From the NCBI RefSeq assembly GCF_004010195.1, contig NW_025214735.1:1-50000 (forward strand): DNA of 50,000 bases, in the 5' to 3' direction. The first letter of the stretch is position 1; each line of letters opens with the position of its first letter. The position numbers were made by a program, and so were the translations under genes. Origin of the DNA: Chiloscyllium plagiosum (taxonomy: Eukaryota). Below are positions 26,003 through 40,300 of this stretch, one piece after another. Under the pieces are notes generated by a model that was given only the letters and a program-made list of their open reading frames with translations, was not told where the DNA came from and did no database searches.

Positions 26003-27310
26003 TGGGAAGCCTTCAGAAATGAGATAATGGGAGTCCAGAGACAGTATATTCCTGTTAGGGTGAAAGGAAAGGCTGGTAGGTATAGGGAATGCTGGATGAC
26101 TAAAGAAGTTGAGGGTTTGGTTAAGAAAAAGAAGGAAGCATATGTCAGGTATAGACAGGATAGATCGAGTGAATCCTTAGAAGAGTATAAAGGCAGTAGG
26201 AGTATACTTAAGTGGGAAATCAGGGGGGCAAAAAGGGGACATCACATAGCTTTGGCAAATAGAGTTAAGGAAAATCCAAAGGGTTTTTACAAATACATTA
26301 AGGACAAAAGGGTAACTAGGGACAGAATAGGGCCCCTCAAAGATCAGCAAAGTGGCCTTTGTGTGGAGCCACAGGAGATGGGGAGATACTAAATGAGTAT
26401 TTTGCATTCGTAATTACTGTGGAGAAGGACATGGAAGATATAGAATGTAGAGAAATAGATGGTGACATCTTCAAAAATGTCCATATTACAGAGGAGGAAG
26501 TGCTGGATGTCTTGAAATACATAAAAGTGGATAAATACCCAGGAACTGATCAGGTGTACCCTAGAACTCTCTGGGAAGGTAGGGAAGTGATTGCTGGGCC
26601 TCTTGCTGAGATATTTGTATCATCGGTAGTCACAGGTGAGGTGCCGAAAGATTGGAGGTTGGCTAACGTGGTGCCACTGTTTTAGGAAGGTGATAAGGTC
26701 AAGCCAGGAAACTATAGACTAGTGAACCTGATGTCTGTGGTGACAACATTGTTGGAGGGAATCCTGAGGGATGGGATGTACACGTATTTGGAAAAGCAAA
26801 GTTTGCAGATGACACCAATATTGAAGAGAATTACCTCAGATTACAACAGGATCTTGACCAGATGGGCCAATGGGCTGAGAAGTGGCAGATGGAGTTTAAT
26901 TTAGATAAATGTGAGGTGTTGCATTTTGGGAAAGCAAATCTTAGCAGAACCCAGAACTAGAGGGCATAGGTTTAGGGTGAGAGGGGAAAGATATAAAAGA
27001 GACGTAAGGGGCAACCTTTTCACAAAGAGGGTGGTACGTGTATGGAATGAGCTGCCAGAGGAAGTGGTGGAGGCTGGTACAATTGCAACATTTAAGAGAC
27101 ATTTGGATTTGTATATGAATGGGAAGGGTTTGGAGGGATATGGGCTGGGTGCTGGCAGGTGGGACTAGATTGTGTTGGGATATCTGGTCGGCATGGACGG
27201 GTTGGACTGAAGGGTCTGCTTCCATGCTGTACATCTCTATGACTCTATGAGGTGGGTCTAGATTGGGTTGGGATATCTGGTCGGCTGTACATCTCTATGA
27301 TTCTCTGATT
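26003..27310 (+). mobile_element. CR1/HER1-type LINE, well preserved but internally deleted
   Basis: KENPKGFYKYIK, DKYPGTDQVYPRTL, VPKDWRLANVVPLF, KFADDT and RTRGHRF motifs; partially duplicated tail. Confidence 0.88.
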
Positions 27311-28544
27311 CATAGCCACACATTTTGCATATTAATCTGGAGGCCAATTCTGTAGTTATGAAAAAGTTAGCTTTTCAGTTAAACATTTCCTGCACAATTA
27401 ACTCAGAATTGTCATAGGTTTCTGGTCTCGAGGTTTCCAGGAGATCCTAGGGTCTAGGGAATTGCTTATTTGAAGTTTGAGCTTCCTGAGCAATTCCCAT
27501 GGAGCAATTATATAGGGTCTTCTAAAGGGTCATGTCACATATTGTGAATTGCACTTCCAGTCTCCAACTATTCAGACTGGAAGATCTGGGCCCTGGTGTT
27601 TTGTACACAGAAAACATTTTCAGTTTTGTGAACAGTAATGCTGTTTTGTCATTCTTCTATCTGTTATTCAGTCTCTAAGGCCTTGACCTCTGGATGCCGC
27701 ATCGTAAATTTCTCTATCTCGCTCTCCTCCTTTATGATCTTCCTTCAAATCTGCCGCTTTGTCCAAACTTTTAATCACCTTTCTAAAGAGTTCTTTATGT
27801 GACTCAGTGCCACATGTATTGTAACACCACTATGAAGCACTATGGGATGTTTTACGAAGATAAAGGTGCTGTATAATGTAAGATGTCATTAATATGTCCT
27901 TTCAGCAAGAAAAGTTTCACAGTGACATTTAAAACATCATGTAGTGTTTTAGAATTGAAGTTAAAGCCTTTGTAGAACTTATTCCTTTGTTAAACAGCTG
28001 TACAGTAAAGGCATATTTTATGAGGAGTTTGATCTGATACCTGTAATCTTGACTGATTTACAGCAGCCTCATGATTTGTGATATATTTCATATATTTCTT
28101 TCCTTCAAATGTCATGTTTTATTGAAAAGTAGGTTACAGTTATCATTTGATTTATTTTTCTTTTCACTTAAGTGGTGTTTATGTGTTATGGATGGAAAGT
28201 GTAATATCCATCTTCATGTCAAGAAATGGTGTCTGTCATGGCTTAATGTCTGTACATACATTGGAGCAAAAGTGAGTATTTTGTCCCATTTTCTTTCCAG
28301 TAATAAAGTGAAGGCTAAATATTATACTCCACCACCATCTTTGTTCAGAGTATTTAATTCAACATAGACCAATGATCAAAACTATTTGATTCTGGCTTAG
28401 TACAATGTCACATGGTGGAATTGTTCCCCTAGTCACCAGGATAGATGGGTTGGCAATCAAGTGGGTGGCTTTGTCCAGGATTGTGTCAAGCTTCTTGAGC
28501 GTTATTGGAGCTGCACTCATCCAGATAAACAGGAAGTATTAAAT

Positions 28545-29170
28545 TGCTATGGACCAGGCCAGATTCCCTCAAAATAGCCTAGACCCAAACCTTTTCTTAT
28601 TTTAAAGGCAAATGTCAAGAGTCTGTTCCAGATGCAATGTGACTGGTCAAAGTACTCGATATTATGCAAATCACTATTTATTTAAACACTGTAGAAAACA
28701 AAATAAAGAGTAATTTACCATTACAACTTAACAGAATAATTGGAAAACTGAACAGATTAATAGATATGGTAACGATTACTGATCAACTGTTTCAATATAG
28801 TAACATCCCATCAACATACCCCTTGCCAAAAAAGGAAGATTCGGATGCAGATTCTCACATACAGTTCTCCAATCCAATCCAGGAGGGAGCAAAAAACATC
28901 AAGAGAAAGTTCAGAGAGAGTAGCAGCCAGGTGACATTTTTGAATCTTCCAACTCTGTTGAGACACCAATAGTTTATGATGCTACTGAAGAACCAAAATG
29001 TAGAAATCCTGATCTATGAGAACTGCCACATCCATTCAGGCTGCTAAACAAATCCCCCAAGGCCTCCCAAGCTGTTTATATTACCCCAGACTGTTTGACA
29101 TCTCTGCCTTATAACCTCTCTTCAAAAATCCAGGACAAAATAACCTCTTAAAAGCTACAGCATTGTCACA
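28545..29170. mobile_element. Solo-LTR-like insertion (TG...CA) splitting a LINE fragment
   Basis: Begins tgctatgg and ends tgtcaca; the LINE sequence on either side appears continuous; no clear TSD. Confidence 0.4.
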
Positions 29171-29808
29171 GCATCAGACTCCTGACATTGTGTCTTATGG
29201 ACAGACATTGGGAAGTTAGCAGGTGAGGTACTAGCCTCAAAATGTTCATGGTCTGACTTGCTCTTGTCGCCACGATTCTAATTGCAATAAATGCTAGGTG
29301 TTTGTGAGGTTTAGGCTGGATTCAAAATTCTGTTTTGCTCAGATTGGTCAAAATGCATGAGAGTGGAATTTGAATTTTTTGTGTTTGATTTATCTGCCTG
29401 TCCAACCATCAACCAGAATTCTCATGGACAAGACTGAGATCTTAGGTTATTCTGCAGCCTGTTCACATTTGTTACTTGTAAATTGGGTCCTTTTTTTTGG
29501 TTAAACAATAACCATAATTTTGGATTTTCACTTCTCTGCATTACTAGGGTAAAGCAATGCAAAATGTTTTTTTTAATTAAAAGTGAATCAGTGATCTCTT
29601 TATTCTATCCACCCATCCCATTGGCCAGCAAGGGGATTTCCTCCAATGTAGTAAAATGACAGAGTTTCCACCAACTGCCTGCATACGCGTGCTGACAAGT
29701 TGAAACTGGAACATTCTTGAATCAGTTTTTAAAAAAAGTATTGTATGGCTGTTTTAAATCCACTGTGTATAATTGTCAAATACAAAAGAAGGAAAACAAT
29801 TAATGAAT

Positions 29809-30128
29809 GGGGCAGCACAGTGGTTCAGAGGTTAGCACTGCTACCTTACATTGCCAGGAACCCAGGTTCTACTCCAGCCTTGACAACTGTGTGGAAGTTG
29901 CGCATTCTCCCTGTGTCTGTGTAAGTTTCCTTTGGGTGCTCTGGTTTCCTCCTACAGTCCAAAGATGTGCAGGTTAGATGGATTGGGCATGCTAAGTTAA
30001 CCCAATGTGTAGGCTAGGTGGATTAACCAAATATGAGGTTACAGGGTTTGGGTGGGATGGTCATCAGAGGGTCAGTACAGACTTGATAGGCCAAATGGCC
30101 TCTATCTGCACTGTAGGGATCGTATGAC
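29809..30128 (+). mobile_element. tRNA-derived SINE (HE1/V-SINE type)
   Basis: Head gggcagcacagtggttcagaggttagcactgct; core cattctccctgtgtctg...ccaaagatgtgcaggttag; LINE-like tail gcactgtagggatcgtatga. Confidence 0.85.
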
Positions 30129-30143
30129 TAAAACCATTTTCTT

Positions 30144-30457
30144 GGGCAGTATGATGGCTCAGTGATTAGCACTGCTGCCTCGCAGTACCAGGGGCCCGGG
30201 TTCAATTCTGCCCTCAGGCAACCATCTGTCTGGAGTTGTACATTCTCCCCGTGTCTGTGTGGGTTTCCTCACACAGTCCGAAGATGTGATGGTTAGGTGG
30301 ATTGACCAAATTAAATTGCCAATAGTGTCTAAGGATGTGTAGGTTGGGTGGATTAGGTCTGGGAAATGCAGAGTTATAGGGTTTGGGTGGGATGTTCTTC
30401 AAGGGTTGGTGTCAACTCAACTCAATGGCCTGCTGCCACACTATAGGGATTCTATGA
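30144..30457 (+). mobile_element. tRNA-derived SINE (HE1/V-SINE type), second tandem copy
   Basis: A-box-like tggctcagtga (30155-30165), B-box ggttcaattc (30199-30208), same core and tail as the previous copy. Confidence 0.85.
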
Positions 30458-31135
30458 CAGTCCTTAATTCTAAAATCTACTCAGAGGGTCGCCTATAGAG
30501 AGGTGGAAATTGAAATTGAACGTATGTCTAATGAGTAAATTATAATGTTGGGCATTGGAACAAGCTTGGAAAGCATTAGTTGCTGAGACTGCAGGATTGA
30601 CAAAGCAATAATTCCAACCCCTGCAGTTAGTGACATTGTTCAAATTAAAACATCTCCCTGGGCTTTTCCACATCTGATGGGTTCTCCTGTCACTTCAATG
30701 GACGTGTTCAGCCAAAAGATTAATTGTTCTCCAATGTAGAATACTTCTAAAGCTTTGGAAAATAGTGATAGAATATGAAAATTGGACTCTACCTTTCTTT
30801 GAGTGACACCAAGGGAGACAACCATACAATAGTAAGAAAGACATTTGTGTTAATCTTGTGCATCACTCTCCCACAATTTCTCAGCAGGAATATGGATATT
30901 TTAAGAGAATAATTCAAATTTTATTCAAATCAACTAATGCTACTTGCAGATTCACAGATGCTGCTGCTGAAAGAAAACAGAGTATGAAGATGTTGCTAAA
31001 AAACATCATAGGTGATATGTTTCCATTGTGTGATCTCAGGAGACATGCAGTTTTTTTTTAAATGAAAGAATTATGCTTGTGAAAATAATGAGTGACTTTG
31101 CAGTCTGTCAGCTGGACCATAACAGGATTTGAACC

Positions 31136-31281
31136 TACTGAAACCAAAAAAGAGAAAATGCTGGAAAATCTCAGCAAGTCTGGCAGCATCTGTAAGGAGA
31201 GAAAAGAGCTGACGTTTCGGGTCTAACTGACCCTTTGTCAAAGCTGGTTTCAGATTCCAGCATCTGCAGTAATTTACTTTT
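31136..31281 (-). mobile_element. Penelope-type insertion (family C) with degenerate hammerhead
   Basis: 9-bp TSD atttgaacc at 31127-31135 and 31282-31290. Minus strand 31244-31208 reads gct-tTGAcaA-a-GGGTC-agtta-GACCC-GAAA-CGTC-agc. Confidence 0.65.
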
Positions 31282-31829
31282 ATTTGAACCCTGAATCTCT
31301 ACTTCTGTTCACAAAGTTTTGAGAACTGTGATGCTAACTTGAGAAACTCTAGTTTTTACACAGTTTTTAAAAAATGAATGATTTTCAAAAATTATTTGGC
31401 AGGAGATATGTTGAAATGTAGTAGAAAATCCCTTGTTTTAGCAAAGTAATTTACATTCCTTAGGACATCACAATGCATTCATGAACAGTTTTATGCTAAT
31501 TTTATCTGAATTCTTTATAAATGAATGAGCATGTCTGTTACCCTATTCAGAATGAAAATGCAGACAAGTGAATTTCAGCATATTTCCCAATTATGTGTTG
31601 GAAATTATTCACCAATTTTCAAAAATGAGTAGATTTTTAAAGCAAATAGTGTGATATTAATCACAAATTGTGTCTGCAGGAAAATTAATCAATGTTTTAA
31701 ATCAAAGCATTTCTATTTTGAGGCAACTTTACTGGAAATCATTGTGGATTTTTATATATTTGAAAGATGACATTACATTTTTTACAATGACTGGTTTCAG
31801 ACAGACATTTTGTGCTAAAACCCCTTCTC

Positions 31830-32350
31830 ATTCAGCCCCCAATCAGTTTGTGCTGCAAGTTTCATTTTCCTACCTGCCCACAATAACCTTTGATTCCTGT
31901 ACCTAACACGGAGCCAACTATTCCCACCTTAAAAATGACCACCCCTCCAATGCCTATAAATGCAGAGTTTCGAAGTCATATAACTCACTGAGAGAGAGAA
32001 AAAAAATTGTCATCTAGCTTAAAAGGATGACTCCTAATTATTAAACAGTGTTAAGATTGTTCTGGATCTGATACACTTCAATCAAGTCACCCCTCATCTT
32101 TCTAAGCTCCAGTGGGAAACAAGTCCAGACTGTCCAACCTATCCTCATAAGCCAACCCATTCATTCCAGATATCATCTAATAAACACTCTCTGAACTATT
32201 TGTAATGCATTTACAACCTTCCTTAACTAAGACCAAATCATGTATTTGAGACATGTCTCACCAGTATCCTGTATAACTGAAGCATAACATCCTTACCTTG
32301 GTGTCCAATTCTTCCTATAAGAAAAGGCAGCATTCTGTCTGCCTTGTTGA
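31830..32350 (-). mobile_element. Degenerate CR1-clade LINE 3' fragment
   Basis: Similar to 12540-13590 (caataaccttgatt; gtccaacctatcctcataag). Confidence 0.65.
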
Positions 32351-35300
32351 TTACTTGGTTACTGCCAGAGGAAATCTGATCAGGGACAAGAGGGGAGCTA
32401 GATCAAGGGAGGACCACAAATTCCAGCTGGAGGTTGGAAAAAGACTTGCTGATTCTCTTGGTCGCCATGAAACAGGTACCTTAGTTCTGATCCTAGCTGG
32501 TTTGGACCACTGGGTTAACAACTCCTGCTCTTCCATTCAAATCTCAGCTTAAAATACCCAATAGGTCCTTGATGATATCAGTTCATTTTCTTTTAAATTG
32601 CAACAAGGAAGATCAGGAATGGAATAAGTTCCATGTTCTATTTGAACTCACCACCTTCTCAAAAGCAGAGAGGGTTGGGCAATGAATACTGGCCTGGCCA
32701 GTGATTCCCACATCCTATAATTGGATACAGAGAAACAGCCTTCCAATTTACGGAAATTAAAAGCCACTCCAAAATGTCAACTTCCCAGCCTGATTTTACC
32801 TAACGGTGTTAAAGGACAGAACAAAAATTGAAGAAACGAAGAAAAATTGATAACCACACAAATCTTTTATCTCTCGTGATATTTAAAATTATGAGAGAAT
32901 CTGGTGAATTGCATTTCCTCTTTAATAATTTAGTTCAGCACTCATTCCTAATAAAATAATGGATAACATCTAATTCTGTTAATACAAGCTGAAAGTGGTC
33001 TGTAGTAACAATAATTTGGATGGTGCAGTATGTCAGAAACAGAACAAATAACAAGGTTCTATTCCTCTCCTTGCAATTAGTCTCATATTGACCTGCTAAT
33101 GACTGGTTTCATTATGAAAGATGATCTATGTTCAAAACAAGTATTGATCCTTTCAATATGTGATTGTGTTTAAGAGAAATATGTTAAAATAATGTTGTAC
33201 TACAAACTGGTTAGAATTGACAGGGTTGCCAAGGCACAGAGGTGTAAGGGACATTTTGCAAAACCTACAAAATAGCATTATACTTAAAGCAGCAGAGGTG
33301 TTACAGCTCAATTTGACTTAAATATTTACCTTCAATTTATTCTAATGATTTAGACTATGACTATGGTAGAATATGGGCCAAAGAAAACACATACTCAATT
33401 ACTTGATCTATCTGTAAATGATTCAATTCCACCAAGGGTGCAGCCTCATTTAGTTAAGCATAACCCATAAGCCCTGGGCTCACTTGAAATAACTTGTTAT
33501 TGTGAAGGGCCTTGAACGATTCATCTTCTGTAAAATCATGAAGTGAACAACCAGGGAAGAATTGAGTGGATCGTTTAATATCAAATATTAAATGCTTCTT
33601 TAAGGGCTGCTTCCTTTTTTAATTGAGGGTGGTGTTAAGTCTCAATGGCACATCCCTGCTGTATCAGCCATCCCCAAACCATGGACCAAAAAATTGCAAA
33701 TTTACCGGTCATATATACCTTATAATCTACCCATCCATATAAAATCTAGATTGTACATTAGCATTCATATCTCCATTGTTTAATGTGTCCTCCAAAAGTT
33801 CTTAGTTTGTATTTCATTCTCTCATTCCCATTTGGCTGATAATAATCTCCATGTCTACCTGCTCTGTGTAGTCTTTTTATTCTCCAATAATTCATTTTTC
33901 AAGTCATCCAACATTGATATTCTCTTCCTTCCTCATTTTCCCTGAAATCTTCTCTTCACATCTCTTAATGGACCATTTCCTGTTACAATGTGCCCTGGCC
34001 TGTGTTTGCTTTTTGTAATTATAAACAAGAAATTTATATTCATTCTCAGATCTTCATCATTTGTTACTTTATCTGTCTAAGCTGATCCATTCCATTTGCC
34101 TCAAAACCCCCAATTCAAATCTTTGTAGTAAATCAATCTCCCCCACCCAAGCCTCACGTTCCTTGCAAAACACTCCAAATCAAAGCTTTTACATATCACT
34201 CCTTGTGTTCTTTATTCAGCTTTAATGTTGATGTTAATTTTCATTCCAAAGTTTCTGCTGACTAGTTCATCAACTATTTGTTCAAATCCTTCTGTGGTTT
34301 GTGATTTGCAAATTTAACCGGTTATCATTTCCCCGACTCCCCTCCCCATCTTAACACTTGATTCTGTGCCTCTAATTTAACCATCATCTCTACAGAGGAT
34401 TGGAAGAGAACTGGTGATGTACAATCCCTTTATTTCATTCTACACCAGTGTTATTTGTCCACCTTTTAAAACATTAATCCACCTGGCCTTAACTTCACTT
34501 GTTGTAGTTAATATTGGCAACTGTGTAGGAAAATCATTTCCAATCCTGCTCAGATTTGTAACTTTAAACCAGTGTCTCCTAGTTCTAATTTTGCAGTCAA
34601 ATTAAATATCTCAATTGCCTCCACATTTTAAGCTGTATTGGCAATTCAACAATTCAGATCATGGCCGAATTCTTCTGATCAGAGTCAAAGCTCCTGTGAT
34701 ACCGATCAGACAGAAAACTGTCCACTTATCTGGAATCGTTTTTTTTTTGGTAAAATACCAAATGCAGGATCCACTCAGTGTAATAATCCACAAAGAGACC
34801 TGCAAAAAGAATCGTGGTGGATCCCTTTTTCCAGTACTGGCTGCTGTATTTGGCAAAGTAATTAAAAGTCCTAAAGCTTTTCATTGTATTTGCAACCAGT
34901 GGGTGAGTGGGGACCAGTTGGGGGTCTAGTCGTGTGGTCAGTTGTATTGTTAGCCAAGTGTTAGACCAATTTTTAAACAGTCTTAACATCTGACAGCTCA
35001 GAGTTGGAGACTTTGTTACAAGGTCCTGAGCAGCAAGTGAATTGCCTACCAGAAAATCAAACTTCCTGCACAATTCCTATATCAATCTGCCTATTGGACT
35101 TAGAGTCAGAGGGATACAGCATGGAAACACTCTTCAGTCCAAACAGTCCATGCAGACCATGTTCTCAAATTAAACTCGCCCCACCTGCCTCCGTTTGGCC
35201 CATATCCCTCCAAATCTTTCCTAGTCATGCACTTATCTAAATGTCTTTCAAATGTTGTACCTATACCTGCAGGGACTTCTCCAGAGTCTTGACAACCATC

Positions 35301-35399
35301 TTATATCTAGTCTCCAACGCTGCAGAAACTGGCATTTTTGTACAATGCTCTTTCCATATAAGAGGTTCTCCTCATAGAGCTCAAAGTCAGTAAACCTCA

Positions 35400-35812
35400 T
35401 TCAACTGTGTCTTTGTTTGCAGCATTATTGTTTCTGACTCAGAATGCTGTGGGTTCAGATTCTCACTCAAGAATGAAAATCAAGGTTGATGTTCCACCAC
35501 GGAATTTTCCACTGTGAGAGGTACTACCTTACAGATGAGCTGTTGAATGGGGATCCCCATCTAAGGTAGATGTACAAGATCCCATGGCATTATTTTGGAG
35601 AAGGGCAGAGCAGTTGGCCCTGGTCACTATTCATCCCTAAGTGAACATCAAAGAAACAGTTATCCTGCACTTTAACACATTACTGTTTGCAGGATGCTAT
35701 TGTACAAATAGGTTCCTGCACTTCCGACATTACAAAAGTGACTCCACTTGAAAAGTATTTATTGGCTTTGGGATGTCCTGGGATTATGAAGGCAAGACTT
35801 TCAAGTCATCTT
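35400..35812 (+). mobile_element. Degenerate Deu-domain SINE (SacSINE1-like)
   Basis: ctgactcagaatgctgtgggttcagattc head, cagatgag...gatcccatggcattattttggagaagggcag core and ctttgggatgtcctg tail, recalled as DeuSINE features. Confidence 0.6.
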
Positions 35813-36134
35813 TAATTCTGAATACTGACTTTATCATCAAAAATAAGTTAATGTTAAAACCATGTCTTTAGGAATGCTTAAAGCCAATACTAACTTTGAA
35901 ACTAGTCACTACTTTGTAAACAAATGTTGCAAAAATCACGCCGATAAAACTTTACTATTAATTATTTTTGATTGCTGTTAGCCAGGACAACTTCATATTC
36001 ACCTTTCATTGAACTGTTTGTATTTACTGGAACTCGCAAGCTAGGCTTTGGGTTAACATGCAGCTAACTGTCACTCTCAATCCTGGATTGAAGTGTAATT
36101 CTAGACTTCAAATCTTGGGGCTATAATTTGATGC

Positions 36135-36225
36135 GAGAGTGCAGTGCTGGAAAGGCACTGCAGGTCAGGCAACATCTGATGAGCAGGAGAATTGACATTT
36201 CAGGCATAAGCCCTTCATCAGGAAG
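36135..36225 (-). mobile_element. Degenerate Penelope-type family A copy
   Basis: gtgctggaaaggcactgcaggtcaggcaacatc...ggcataagcccttcatcaggaa resembles the 4453 and 47883 copies; no TSD identified. Confidence 0.6.
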
Positions 36226-37090
36226 TTTGTAGTTTGATGCTACAATATTGTGACTTAGAAGCAAGGAGTTGTCAAGCGACCTATAACACAATTCAACATT
36301 GTGGCATAGTCAGGACAGCTGTCATTATGTTCCACTTCTCCGGTAAAACTGACAGCCACTTTTGGAGTCTGCACTTGTGCAAAATAAAACAGAAATCGAG
36401 ATGGTGCTCTCAGTGACTCTATGATCATGAAGGATATTAAATGTTATCTTTTTGGTTTACTGTATGAATACTGCAGTATTGTTGGCTGCTTATCTGCCCG
36501 TTGATAGGATTGTTGCATGCCTAGAGATCCCATTTAGTTGATGCAAGATTTAAATTGCTGCCAGGAATGAGAGAAGTTATTGCGTTACTGATTTCCTAAG
36601 CAAAGGAAAACTTCTTTCCCTATTTAGTCTGCTAAAGGAATTGGCTCACATTTCATGCATGCTACATAAAAATTGCTGTAAAAAAAAACATAACCCAATT
36701 GTCGAATTTAATTTTATTGTGGGTTTTAATTTAATTGTTCCCTTTACATCAAATACTCCAGTGGCAGGGGATATTGCACACAATATCTGAAAAGCACTAC
36801 ATAATACTTTCACTGAAAACTAAGTTCTACATTAGATATGACTGGTTAGAATTTTGCAGGATTATAAGACATAAATACCATACACAGCTGCAGTTTGACA
36901 CATAAAACATTATTCAGATAATGGGAGGATTGTGAGTTGCTGCTCAGCCAGCTGTGAGGCTGGTGCTTTCCATATTTGGAAGATAAAACTGCATGCAAGT
37001 GTTTAAGCAGATATTTTATGTTCGCAGTCTATTCATTTTTACAAGTCATCAGCGGAACATCTGTGAATTAAGGATGAGAGTAAATTTGGA

Positions 37091-37132
37091 CAGTCACAAG
37101 ATTGGTTGCAGTCACAGAATTGGTTGCAGTCA
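37091..37132. repeat. 18-bp tandem repeat, ~2.3 copies
   Basis: cagtcacaagattggttg cagtcacagaattggttg cagtca. Confidence 0.8.
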
Positions 37133-37309
37133 CTTACCCGGGCATTAGACATGAACAGTTTTTGGTCACTATTACTTTGTAATGTCACAAACATCCCATA
37201 AACAGTATCACTTAGTAAATCAACTGACATACCATCATGGTCACTGCTACAAATGTGGTGCCTCACACACAAAATTCAACTTTTATAATGAGATTCATTT
37301 TAAAAACAC

Positions 37310-40300
37310 ACTCAGAACTCCAAACACACATTTATTCTGATGTCTAAAAGTGAGCAATTCCCTCGCCATTTTTACTATCACAATTTTATCATACATAATT
37401 GTTCTTATAATTAAAACAGATTTCTCAACGTATACCCGTTTGATCCACAAACTACCATCAACGGGCACCTGTTTGTAGTAAGGTGGAAATGAGTGGCATT
37501 GTAAACTTTAAACATGCAAGTGGATTATGAACAAATGTTTCATCAAAGCCTAGTGTATTAGTTTGGATACAGTATATAAATCTGGAAGAAAATTAACCAT
37601 GGCAGGATATCAGCAGATTGTCTATTTCAAAAAAAATGATTGGTTGTTGGAATGTAACATGTTCAAACCCACTTAATTATGGCAATTCATCACAGCTAGC
37701 TCTTTGATCCTCAAAATCCGTAGGAACCATCAGAAAGAAGTACGCAATCATTTTCACCTTACTGACATTGTGAGTTTGAAGGCTTTTAACCAATTATCAC
37801 ACTGAAAAAAATTGTACGAATTGTTAAATTCAGGCAAACTAATTTCATAAAATCTACCATGAAGTTTCCATGCTTTCACAGCACAAAAGTTTGGCTTCTT
37901 ACCAAGATCCTTTTAATATTGACATTTATTACCATAGTGAAATCTCACAATTACACAGCGATGAATTGTCTGACTTAGTAAAATGATCTTCATGTCTGCA
38001 GGAAATACAAACATGAAACAGCAAAACAAACATGGGTGCAATCATAAAACGTAACTCGCTTTTTTCTCTTACAAAATGCACACTTTGACTATCAGAGATT
38101 TACCCCCCTTTCCCATATTTCTGTATTTGTTGTCATCATTTTAATTCCATGCTTTCCTACTGCATTTGAATCTCTTTTCTGAAAGCCAGGTTTTGAAGTT
38201 TCATTTATATGCTGAAAAAAGTGACTCCTATGGAATATCCTACTGGTTTTCAGAAAAAAATGAATGAAAAGGAAGACCTGGGGAAAGGGTCCTGTGGGAA
38301 GTTCAGCTTTAAAAGTACAATGCATTTGAAGAAATGCAGCCCTATGAAAAAGTGTACCACGAGCAAAATGTCATGTACTGCTGTACATTTGTGTACCTTG
38401 CTCTAGGCAAATAAGTATGCAACCTTGAACCAGTACCATTTGAAAAAGTGTAAAGATGCATTCAAAGGAAATTGAAGCAAATCTCCAAAAACATTTTATA
38501 CAGGGACATCAATTAAACAGCATTCCACATGCACATTCTCTCAACGCTTTCAATGTTCCTAACACATGATAACACAACTATCTACCTAGAGGATTCATTA
38601 TGATTCCAAAGAGTTGTAGGGAAGAGTTGTATCTGAAACAGTCATAACAAACTCATTTCAAAAATAATAAATTAGAAGTTTATATTACAAAATCTTTAAA
38701 TGTAACCCTTGGTTTTAGATGAAAGCCATACAGTGCTGAAGCAGGCTTTTCAGCTCTTCATGCTTTTGCTACTCTTTCAAAGAGCTATCCAATTGAAAAA
38801 GGTTTAATATAAAAAAGAAATGCGGTAGCTCTGATCTCACAGTTTATAATTTTGTAGCTATGGATTGTAATGGAACTAAATCTTTAAAACTGCTGTGTTC
38901 AAATAAATTAGTAAAAAACAAAAGTTACTAGTATTAAGAAATTGGAGTCACAAAACCAAGGCTATCACATTTCTCATGTCTGTTTTCAAAGCTGTGCCAA
39001 GGATGGTCCCCTGTATGAAGAAACATTTCAATAATTTGCTTGAATCTTTTGAATAATATTTGTATTTCTCCATGATTCGAGAAATCATGCTAGTCAGATG
39101 TGCAATGAGCACAAAGGGAAGGAAGTGGGTGGTTTGGTGTCACATTTGGACTTTGATAAAATGCCTCCCACCTTCAATCTGCTTCCAGCCTCTGCTACAC
39201 TGTTCTTCAGCCAACTAGTAGAAGATATGTAGAAATAGTATCAGGGCTTGACTTGTTTAAAAATCCTGTCTTTGAAGGAAACATCAAGGGCTTCATTTGC
39301 ACCTTGCCCTGACAGTGTGGCTAACAAGAGGGCTAGAATGTGGAGTTGAATTCCCTCACCTCTAGTAAATTATGTCAGAGGACCATGGCACAGCAATAAC
39401 AGTCTTAGACAGCAGCAGCTTTGAGCAGCTCAAACAAGTCAAATATAAAATACATGGTCACTGACGTTTTAAACTTCTACATAATTATAATTAGGATACC
39501 AAGGGTGAAAAGTTGTCCTTTAAAAGGAAGGAATTTAACTTAGCTGGCATTTAACAATACAGATACAAAACAAACACTTTTAGATTACCTAAAATTACTT
39601 GGAGTTTTGGCATTAATTGCAGAAGCTAAAATTAAGAAAAGGTGTTTTGTTTTCAAATAGCAGAAACAAATAATTTAAAACCATGTGCTTCAGTAAACCT
39701 TCTTAAATAACCTGCTTGGAAAAATATCTTCAAATAAAATACCACAATAACAAAACTTTATAATACAATGTAATATTGCATAAGTTGAGTATCTGAAGCC
39801 ACATGAAAAATTTGACTCTGATGAAGCCTGCCCACATTAGGAAAGCTGTGTACAAAAACAGTGCAAACATAATGGTGCTTTCATTTTCTGTTAAAACAAC
39901 TTTGCATCACACTTTTGTTCACATAAAGTATTTAAAAATAAAACAATCAGCTTTTTTTCCTTTTTTAAAAAAAAGTACTATACAAAAATGAGGTCATATC
40001 TGTGGGTAAGCAGCTATTTAAATTGTATATCGGACAAGGTTACAACCAGTGGGGTCAAGGGTCACCTAATTCCAGACTAAGGCTCATTAGTTAGATCCAA
40101 CAGTGGGTATTTTTGACCACAATGGAGAAGGAAGTTAAATCAGATATGAAGGGTTATGAAAAGGTCAGTAAGCCTACACTGTCCTCATGCAGTTATTTTT
40201 CTGGGAATCAGTGTCAGGTGGAAAATGCAATTAAAAGTAATGATCCGTGTTTGTAAGTAGTAATCTGTATAGGTGTTCTGGAAGGTGTATACACTAGCTA

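Noticed and set aside
26027..27168. Active LINE reverse transcriptase
   Set aside because: Frameshifts, stops and loss of most of the RT core.
29809..29890. tRNA gene
   Set aside because: The tRNA-like head continues into SINE core and tail; no complete cloverleaf was seen.
37091..37132. CRISPR-like repeat
   Set aside because: Simple tandem repeat without spacers, in vertebrate DNA.
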